A stretch of 64,000 nt of DNA from a candidate division TM6 bacterium GW2011_GWE2_36_25 (lineage in GTDB: Bacteria; Babelota; Babeliae; Babelales; UBA12409). Below, piece after piece: positions 9,327 to 17,500 of this stretch. The translations under genes were made by a program, and so were the position numbers. The stretch lies in NCBI GenBank assembly GCA_000991575.1, contig LBRU01000001.1, positions 8,462-72,461 of the forward strand, written 5' to 3'. The number at the start of each line of letters is the position of its first letter. The first letter of the stretch is position 1. The notes beneath the pieces are model-generated. The model saw only the letters and a list, made by a program, of their open reading frames with translations. It was not told the origin of the DNA and ran no database searches.

Positions 9327-10886
9327 TTATTTTTCACACTTTATATATACAACGTTTTGGACCAAATATTCTTTCAAGGCTTTTATTAAACTTTCAGCAC
9401 AAAGCTTTGATTGATAAATCACATCCAACAACCAATCGGTTTTCACAGCAAAACCAAACCCTTCAATCTTTTTTTCGCGATCTCTATCACACGTATAACA
9501 GGTGCGACCATGAAATAGTTCACCTACTCCCAATAAAAATGCTTGCAATGCATTACAAGGAGGAATAAAAAAAAGTTTATTACCACTCACAATACTGTCG
9601 CGATAAAATTTTTTATCTATTTTTATTGCAAATCCAAAGGGAGCACTTGCTATAAATTCTCCCGCAACAGCACCTGGCATATTTATTTCACCGTCCTCAG
9701 CAAAATAACTTCTATCGTTATTTGCGCCACCTAATAAATATCCAAAACAATAAGAAAATTTCTTTACATGCTTTTTCGTAAGTTTTTCCTTTTCGCCTAC
9801 GATAACATACTTTTTTTCCGAACCACGATACATAAAATAATCATTGGGATTATCTCTTTCATTTAAAATTGCATTTACTAAAAATTGATCAGCAAATCGT
9901 GAAAAAAGATTATCTAAAACAAATCCTACTTCTTCAAAACATGTATGTTTCACATCATGTCCAATTAAAAATTGATGTGCTGAAATAAATAACTTTAACT
10001 CAGATAAAAGCTGATTAATCAAATCAATGGCTGGCCAACGCAATTGCGCATAAAGCGGTATTAAATCATTATTAAGTGCGCGCGAAAAACATATAAGAGA
10101 ATCAGAAAAGAGTGTTTCATTAAAATTTTTAAAAAAATCATGCCAAATCAACGTACAATTTTCATCCGAAGGATAAGTTTCTCTTATATCTCGTTTACAA
10201 AAGAAAAAATCACTCATCTCATAAAATTCACCATCAAAAGCTTTAAACAAGCGGTGTTTTTTTAAAAAGATAGCCAGTTCTTTTTTATCAAATAAACTTG
10301 GAAAATCAATATAACTTATAACATGTCGAACCAATTCAGATGGCAAGTTCAATAAAGGAAGTACCCTTTTTATCTTTTCATGCTGATCGAGCCAAGTATC
10401 TAATTTTTCACGCATAAAATCACACAAAAATCCATCATCCTCCATCGTTGATGTATCACTATCTACACAAATAGCAGCGTGAGATGTCTGAAAAGCAAAT
10501 ATGTGTCTTCTATCAAAAAAACCCCTTTTTATTAATTTACCCAAATGGGCTATCACTATTTGTTGCATACTCAGTTTTGCTGCATACAACTCGCATAATG
10601 TTGTCGGAATAAAGGATAAAATATAATTTGCTCCTAATCGCTCCTGAATTTTACCTTGAATAAAAGATTGTTCATCACTATCTAACTGAATCTTTTCATC
10701 TTCCGAAATATGGTCATTATACACATACATCGGAAAACGGTAGGTATTAATAATTTCATAAGCATGCTTAAACTCATCACAAGATAATAAACAAGCCTTT
10801 TCCCCTTCTTGACGCCAAACAATATATTCAGCAGATAAGAAAGTAGGAATAAAAAACACTAAAAAAAGCAATAAAAAATTTTTCAC
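9327..10886 (-). CDS. Hypothetical secreted protein with an internal F-box-like motif
   Basis: GGAGG then GTG start. Signal peptide MKNFLLLFLVFFIPTFLSA. Motif LLNLPSELVRHVISYIDF. Confidence 0.8.
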   Translation of the reverse strand: MKNFLLLFLVFFIPTFLSAEYIVWRQEGEKACLLSCDEFKHAYEIINTYRFPMYVYNDHISEDEKIQLDSDEQSFIQGKIQERLGANYILSFIPTTLCELYAAKLSMQQIVIAHLGKLIKRGFFDRRHIFAFQTSHAAICVDSDTSTMEDDGFLCDFMREKLDTWLDQHEKIKRVLPLLNLPSELVRHVISYIDFPSLFDKKELAIFLKKHRLFKAFDGEFYEMSDFFFCKRDIRETYPSDENCTLIWHDFFKNFNETLFSDSLICFSRALNNDLIPLYAQLRWPAIDLINQLLSELKLFISAHQFLIGHDVKHTCFEEVGFVLDNLFSRFADQFLVNAILNERDNPNDYFMYRGSEKKYVIVGEKEKLTKKHVKKFSYCFGYLLGGANNDRSYFAEDGEINMPGAVAGEFIASAPFGFAIKIDKKFYRDSIVSGNKLFFIPPCNALQAFLLGVGELFHGRTCYTCDRDREKKIEGFGFAVKTDWLLDVIYQSKLCAESLIKALKEYLVQNVVYIKCEK

Positions 10887-11086
10887 AAAAAACCTCCATT
10901 AAAAAGCATAAATCCAAGCTTCTACTCAGCCCACGCCTACAATTTAAATATATCAAAAATTTTCAATCTGTCAATAATTTTCACTAAAATACCTATAAAC
11001 TAGCTGAGAAATATATTCAAAAAAACGATAAAATTTGCATCCTAAAACCACAGTGTCTAAGCTAAGAAAAAGAAAAAAGGGTATTT

Positions 11087-11743
11087 ATGAAAGTTTTTCT
11101 CGATACGGCTGATATGAAAATGATAAAAAAGTATGTTCAGCTTGGCATTATCGATGGTGTAACAACAAACCCAACACATTTATCCAAAGAAAAAGAAAAG
11201 CCAGAAAAAATCATAAAAGAATTAGTTAAAATAGTTCCTGGCGATATTAGTGTTGAAATAACGGAAAAAAGCGCTGATAAAGTTTATCTACAAGCTCAAA
11301 AAATCTCAAAAATAGCTAAAAATATTGTTGTTAAAATTCCTTGTCATGCAGATTATTACGAAATTATTAAAAAGTTAGTTAAAGAAAAAATTCAAATCAA
11401 TATCACTCTCGTTTTTTCCCTCGCACAAGCACTTTTTATGTGCAAGCTCGGCGTAAAATATATTTCTCCTTTTATCGGAAGACTTGATGATATTGGCGCA
11501 GATGGCACGCAACTTCTTTATGAAATTCGTGACATGATTGATAACTATGGTTATTCTACACAAATTATCGCCGCATCGATCAGATCAATTGATCGATTTA
11601 ATGAAGCAATTATGGCTATTGCCGATGTTGCAACAATTCCTAGTGATGTATTTGAAAAATCACTTCAACATCCATTAACAGATAGTGGTATGGAAAAATT
11701 TTTATCCGATTGGAAAAAAACTGGCATCAAGCAATTTCCATAA
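11087..11743 (+). CDS. tal: Transaldolase / fructose-6-phosphate aldolase family
   Basis: FLDTAD, GVTTNPT, VVKIP (Schiff-base Lys), NITLVFS, SPFIGRLDD and AASIR; 218 aa. Confidence 0.92.
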   Translation: MKVFLDTADMKMIKKYVQLGIIDGVTTNPTHLSKEKEKPEKIIKELVKIVPGDISVEITEKSADKVYLQAQKISKIAKNIVVKIPCHADYYEIIKKLVKEKIQINITLVFSLAQALFMCKLGVKYISPFIGRLDDIGADGTQLLYEIRDMIDNYGYSTQIIAASIRSIDRFNEAIMAIADVATIPSDVFEKSLQHPLTDSGMEKFLSDWKKTGIKQFP

Positions 11744-11765
11744 AGCAATCAAAATAATTTAAATG

Positions 11766-11800
11766 AAAAAGAGAGAACCGGGTTTGATTCTCTCTTTTTT
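11766..11800. terminator. Bidirectional intrinsic terminator
   Basis: AAAAAGAGAGAA...TTCTCTCTTTTTT between convergent genes. Confidence 0.8.
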
Positions 11801-11819
11801 TAAACAATATTTTATTATC

Positions 11820-12677
11820 TTATCCAGCCGATTGAGCCTTTTTAAAACGCATTTGCAATTCTTCTATAAAATTTTTTGGCTTACCCTCTAAGATGCTCCG
11901 TTCATCTTCAAGTTTTCCTTTTAAAATATTATAACTTGCCTCTGAAATCTTTTTTTGTTCGAAACGTGATTCTAATTTTTCTAAATCTTTTTTAATATCG
12001 TCTAATTCGCGCTCTTCCTTTTCCTTAACAACGCGCTCCTTCAGCTTCACTCCCTTTTTAAGCTCAGCAATCAATTGATCGCTCGCTTTTTGGGATTGAA
12101 CCATCTGATCAATATCGGTACCCCCAAGACGCTCCGCTCTTTGCTGCGCTGCTTGTTGTAATGCACTTAAATCAAGAGCTGCACCCCCAGCCAAACCTTT
12201 TGTAACAGGAGGAAGAGGTGGTGGTGGCGGTGGTGGCGGCGGAACTGAAGCACCACTCGCAGTTTTTAAGGCTTTAATTTGATCTCCATAAATCTTAATA
12301 TCTTGTTGATACGCTTCACTTTGTTTTTGTATTTTCCCTCTTTCTTCTTCGCGTTGCACCAAAACATCAGCTAACATTGCTAAATTTTCATCCGACCCCA
12401 ACTGGACACGATCAAGCGCAACAGAAGACATATCTGCTAAGACCTCTAGATCTAATTTTGCTTTTTCTAGTTGATTTGATGTATCTTCCAAGACTTGTTT
12501 AGCCATAGCAACAATTTTGTCTCTCTCGGCTAAATCGATATTATTCCATTTAAAGATTCCCCGAGGAATATTAATTCTTCTGTCAGCAAACAATTCAATG
12601 AGATTATTAATGCTATTTGGCTGTTGCTGCGCACAAAGGGAACCAAATAAAATGGAAAAAGAAAAAATATTTTTCAT
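11820..12677 (-). CDS. Secreted polyproline + WH2-motif protein (candidate actin-binding effector)
   Basis: AAGGAG RBS, signal-like leader, coiled coil, P9LPP tract, then DQLIAELKKGVKLKERV matching the WH2 helix+LKKV pattern. Confidence 0.8.
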   Translation of the reverse strand: MKNIFSFSILFGSLCAQQQPNSINNLIELFADRRINIPRGIFKWNNIDLAERDKIVAMAKQVLEDTSNQLEKAKLDLEVLADMSSVALDRVQLGSDENLAMLADVLVQREEERGKIQKQSEAYQQDIKIYGDQIKALKTASGASVPPPPPPPPPLPPVTKGLAGGAALDLSALQQAAQQRAERLGGTDIDQMVQSQKASDQLIAELKKGVKLKERVVKEKEERELDDIKKDLEKLESRFEQKKISEASYNILKGKLEDERSILEGKPKNFIEELQMRFKKAQSAG

Positions 12678-12747
12678 AAATACTCCTTCGCCTCTTTTTT
12701 GACTTTAATAAAAAAGAAAATTCAAAAACAAGAATTTTAAAAAAAAA

Positions 12748-12783
12748 CTAAAAAGAGAGAATCAGTGAACCCTCTCTTTTTAG
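12748..12783 (-). terminator. Intrinsic terminator of the beta-barrel-like gene
   Basis: CTAAAAAGAGAG...CTCTCTTTTTAG stem followed by a T-run on the minus strand. Confidence 0.7.
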
Positions 12784-12799
12784 AAAATTGTCTGTTTAA

Positions 12800-14398
12800 T
12801 TAAATAGAGACGCCAAACTTAAACCAAATAGTCCAACGACGAACAGAAGTATTATCATTCGTAAATTCATATGATGCGCCACCATTGATAAATGTTGGAA
12901 ACTTTAAATCTCGCCACTCATAACCAAGTGCTGCATAAATAGTTTGAGAAATGCATGCTGGTGATGCACCTGAATTTGGATTTAAATCATCAACAGTGAT
13001 TGGAATAAATGTTGTATATGCATTAACGCCATTTGGATTTATCACCTCATCAACATATCGAGCAACATTTGGTTTAAGAATTTCATTTTCAATGGTGCAC
13101 CCTTGATAGGTACGAGGAACAGCGTCATTGCCACTCAAATACTCATGCAACGCCAATAAGCCAACTTCCCCATTCATTGGACGATCAAAGCGGATTTCTT
13201 CGGCTTTTCGAGCATAAAAATTATACCCGGCTTCTGCATGAAAACCACGATCTCGATAATCAAAAGCTATATTAAAATCATATGAGTATAATGGCTGAAC
13301 TTGCACACATAACGTAGTATAATTAATTAGATAATCAAGATGAGAATTTAAATCAGCAATCGCTAAATTTTGGCCATCATTATCATTTTTCCAAACTTTT
13401 AAATAACGGCTCCATGGCTTACCTTTAAGATCAAATGAACGTCGCTGATGATTTGGTGCAAAATAACGCGTTAATGCATGGTAATAGGTTGTGAACGTAC
13501 GATCTCTATCATCACGCAGTAATTCAACCTTGCCGTAACCACCAAGCATAAATGCCCAATGACCATTATTTCCTACAACCGGTTCAAACATATAATAAGC
13601 TAAAGGTTTGTTGCCACAAGGAATATAAAGGCCAACAAAGCCACCAAAGGGATTAATGTCACCTTCAGAAATTTCACGCCCAACACGCAATTCGATGTGC
13701 GATAACCGCGTTTTTTTCATTTCACGACTTACAATGCGACCATATTTTAAATTGGCATTACAATCACCGAGCGCACACAATGCGTTAGCAAAATACCCAT
13801 TGGGAACATCAACATTACCACCAACACCACCACCTTTGTTGTAAATATATTCTTTTACGCCTAAAAGATTTTTTATGCTTTGAATCGGAGCTGCGATATC
13901 CCACCAAAAGCGTTTAGGCAGCCGCTGTTGATAAGCAAGCCCAATGCCCATAACTGTTTGACGTGGACAAAATGCAACCTTACTTTCAAAAGTTAAATTG
14001 GTGTATCCAGCAGTTTCTGCTGCTTGATATGTTGTAGGGCTTAAAACATCATCAGTCAAAACACCTAAGTGAAAAGCATTTATATCACGCGTTCTACTAA
14101 CCGCAGACTGTGACGCATCTTCACCAACCGTTATATAATCTTTACCGTTAGGTAAGAAATATTTCGCTATTTCAGTTGGACTTACTGTTCTACCAAAAAA
14201 AGCGGCTGCTTGAAATGCGCCACCTTTACCATCTTTGCGATCATCACATCTTCCTCTGAACATAACTAAACGTTCAGGAAAATTAAGCTCAAAACGAGGA
14301 CGAATAGTAAGATAAGAACGACTATAAACATCTGCATGAATTGCAGAATGAGCCAACAAGGCAACTACGAGTAAATATCGTTTTTTTATGCTCATCAA
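12800..14398 (-). CDS. Putative outer-membrane beta-barrel protein
   Basis: Signal peptide ending in AIHA, alternating amphipathic strands, and C-terminal WTIWFKFGVSI resembling a BAM beta-signal. Confidence 0.65.
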   Translation of the reverse strand: MMSIKKRYLLVVALLAHSAIHADVYSRSYLTIRPRFELNFPERLVMFRGRCDDRKDGKGGAFQAAAFFGRTVSPTEIAKYFLPNGKDYITVGEDASQSAVSRTRDINAFHLGVLTDDVLSPTTYQAAETAGYTNLTFESKVAFCPRQTVMGIGLAYQQRLPKRFWWDIAAPIQSIKNLLGVKEYIYNKGGGVGGNVDVPNGYFANALCALGDCNANLKYGRIVSREMKKTRLSHIELRVGREISEGDINPFGGFVGLYIPCGNKPLAYYMFEPVVGNNGHWAFMLGGYGKVELLRDDRDRTFTTYYHALTRYFAPNHQRRSFDLKGKPWSRYLKVWKNDNDGQNLAIADLNSHLDYLINYTTLCVQVQPLYSYDFNIAFDYRDRGFHAEAGYNFYARKAEEIRFDRPMNGEVGLLALHEYLSGNDAVPRTYQGCTIENEILKPNVARYVDEVINPNGVNAYTTFIPITVDDLNPNSGASPACISQTIYAALGYEWRDLKFPTFINGGASYEFTNDNTSVRRWTIWFKFGVSI

Positions 14399-14470
14399 TT
14401 ATTCTCCTTTTTGCAAAAAGGTTACCTTTTCTCAAACCCTAGCATGCTTTTTGGCGTTCAGCAAATATTT

Positions 14471-14507
14471 AAAAAAAAGAACGGAGGATTAATTAGTCCT
14501 CCATTCT
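14471..14507 (-). terminator. Intrinsic terminator of the giant coiled-coil gene
   Basis: Minus strand reads AGAATGGAGGACT-aatt-AATCCTCCGTTCT-TTTTTTT. Confidence 0.8.
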
Positions 14508-14518
14508 GCAAGATTTAA

Positions 14519-17500
14519 TTAACTTTTATAAATTGGACATATGATATTTGTATTTAATTTTGAAAGTTCTTGTTCAATCTGATTTAAAAGGATAATTGCA
14601 TTACCACGCTCAACTTCATTGCCGAGAATATGCAATGTATCTATTTTATTGAGAATAGCTTCAATTCTATGCAGCCTTTGGCAAACCTCTTGAGCCTGCT
14701 CACTTATAACCTGCCAACGAAATGCTTCTTTGTCTTTGATGCCAGACATACGTCGTCCAAAAACCATGCAATGACTTACGAAAGGCTTAAATTTAGACTT
14801 TATTGTATCTTTAATTTGATCAATTCGATCAAGCTGAATCTTTTTCGGTAATTTTCCACTTTTTGCCAATAAATATAATTCCTTGAGATAAGAATTAATA
14901 AGCTCTCTTAAATCTCGAGGTAATTCACAAATAAATTTTCGTGCAACCTCAAAGTCTTCACGAGATGTCAAAAGATCATCTCCAATCTCCAGGCGGCCAA
15001 GTTTCAATCTTTGCGTATAAACATCTTTTTCATCTGTTAATACATAATTTTCAAAACGAGCCCGCAACACCTTATAAAGATCTTTTGGTGCTTTTAATTC
15101 TGGGGAAGCAAGTAAAAGTTTTTTAAGATACACATCTTTGCTTGCTAAACGTTCATCGCTTAAAAGATCACGCAGTAGATTAACCAGATGATTGGCATAG
15201 TTATTTGCATAAACCACCATGTCTTTTCCAAGATCCGAACCTGAAAATTCACAAGCAAAACGACTTTTCATTTCATTAATATTCTTTATGATTTGCATTA
15301 ATGATAAGAGTCGGTCATATTTTTCACCTTCTGATGCATCAAAGTATTGATTAATCCATTCGCTCAATAATTTTCTTTGATCAAACAAACGAGCAAGAAG
15401 ATCATTGAGTTGTTCTTCAAATAATTTACCAGCAGAACATCTAATTTCCGCATTCAATAACAATTTAAGTTGCTCTTTACGCTCAAGAGGACGCTCCGGC
15501 TCTACTTCTTGTGGTTCTTCAATCGCACGAGAAACTTCTGTTTCTTTTTTCACCCCTTCTTCAGCTGGTTCTTCTTTAACTTCCGGTGAAATCACTTCCT
15601 TTACCGCAGGTTCTTTTCTCATTTCTTCAAGCAATTCTTCCATCTGTTGCGCCTCAACTTGTTGTTCTAAAAGACTTGTTAATTTATCTGTCAATGAAAT
15701 TCGCTCTTTTTCACTGCTTTCAAGTTTACTTTCTAACTCTTTAGCGAACTCTTTCTCTTTCTTTTCTATTTCGCTACACCTTCTAAAATTCTTCAATAAT
15801 CGGTTATATTCGCTTTTTATTTCATTCTTCTCTTTTATGCAATCTTCTAATTTAAGATTAATTTGGCTTAATTCATCATTGACCTTGCCTAAATCGCTTT
15901 CTCTTTCCTGAAGCGTAAGAGTTATTGTCTCCAATTGCTTTTCAGCCGAAGCAATTTTATGTGTTAAATCTTCAATGCTATTTTTACTCGTCCCTTTTAT
16001 ATCAGTAAGCTCTTTTTCTAATTGCGCAATCCTTTGATTTCGTTCTTCAATTTGGCTTACATCACGATCATGAATGCGCTCCAACCTATCAGCACGCTCT
16101 ATTTTATCTCTCAATTTAGTATTTTCAGTGGCAAGATCGCTGATTTGCTGATTCAATTCTTCTCGTATCTTAAGCCACTGCTGCTTTTCTTCTCTTGTAT
16201 TAAAACTCTTTATTTCGTGCTCAAGAACCCGTGCATAATCTTCATAACTTCTGATCTTAATATCAGGATATTTTTCTTGATACGTTGCGCCCAAAATATC
16301 TTTCAATAACGAACCCATCTTTCCTTGAAAACCATCTATTTGCTCTTTTAATGTTTTATTCTCTTTTTCTAAAATTCGGAGAGCTTCTTCAGATTTTTGA
16401 GCATTTTCTTTTTCTTTAACCATCATCTCTTGTAATAGTGCCTGAGACTTACTGCTCTTTTGCTGAACATTCTTTTGTTCTACAATTTCTTTCTGCAAAC
16501 GATTCTGCTCTGCTCGCGATGCAACCAGTTCACTTTGTGCAACATCCAACTGCTGTCGCAATCCAGTCATTTCTTGTTCCATTGCGCGAGATACATTCTT
16601 GATTTCATCAACTGTTCTCTGAGTTAGATTAAGCTCTCTTTCAACAAGTTGCGCGGCTTCCTCTCTTCGTTTAATATCTTCTCGCGCACTTTCCATTTCA
16701 TTTCTTAATAACTCGAGTTGCTGATCCTTGCCCTCTAATTGGTCTTGTAATCCTCGCATATCGGTTCTTAAATCAACTTGTGCGCTTTCAAGGGTTTCGC
16801 GACTCGTTTTTAATGCATCTCGTTCTTCTTGAATTTTCCGCAACTCATTCGCCATATCTTCAAGTCGTTTTTCTTGATCTCTTGTTTGAATCGTTAATAA
16901 ACCAATTGAATCACGTGCCCCATCCCGTTCTTGCTGCATATTTTGCAATGCCGATTCCAATTCACGAACTTTTTGTTCAGTCACTTCTCGAAGCTGAACT
17001 TGACTTTCTTTTTCTTCACTCAGGTTTTTCATCTGTTGCGATAATTGGTCAAAACTTTGTTGCAACTCATTATAAGCACTTTCTTTCTCTCCAAATTCTC
17101 GTTTCAGTTTTTGTAATTCTTCGATCTTTTGTGCAATCTTCCCTTGTGCACTTTCTTCAACCGCTGATAACTCTTTTGAAGATGTTACTTCGTTATCTCT
17201 TAACTGTTGAGAAAGTCTTTCAATTTCATCATTCAGCTCCCTAACCCGTGCAACTTGCACCTCAAGCTGAGCTTGCATTTCATTTTCCACTGCCTTTTGA
17301 GCTTGATCAACTGCCATTACACGTTCACGCTCTGCAGTTTCTTGATATTTCTCTAAATTCTTTTTAACCTGATCACGCTCTCTTTCAACCTGTACAGCTA
17401 CTTCACTTAATCGCCCAATCTCAGCTTTCAATTCTTTTTCAACAGATTCTCGTCCTTGTTTTTGCTCACGTATTTGTTCTTGAAGCTGTTCTAATAAACC

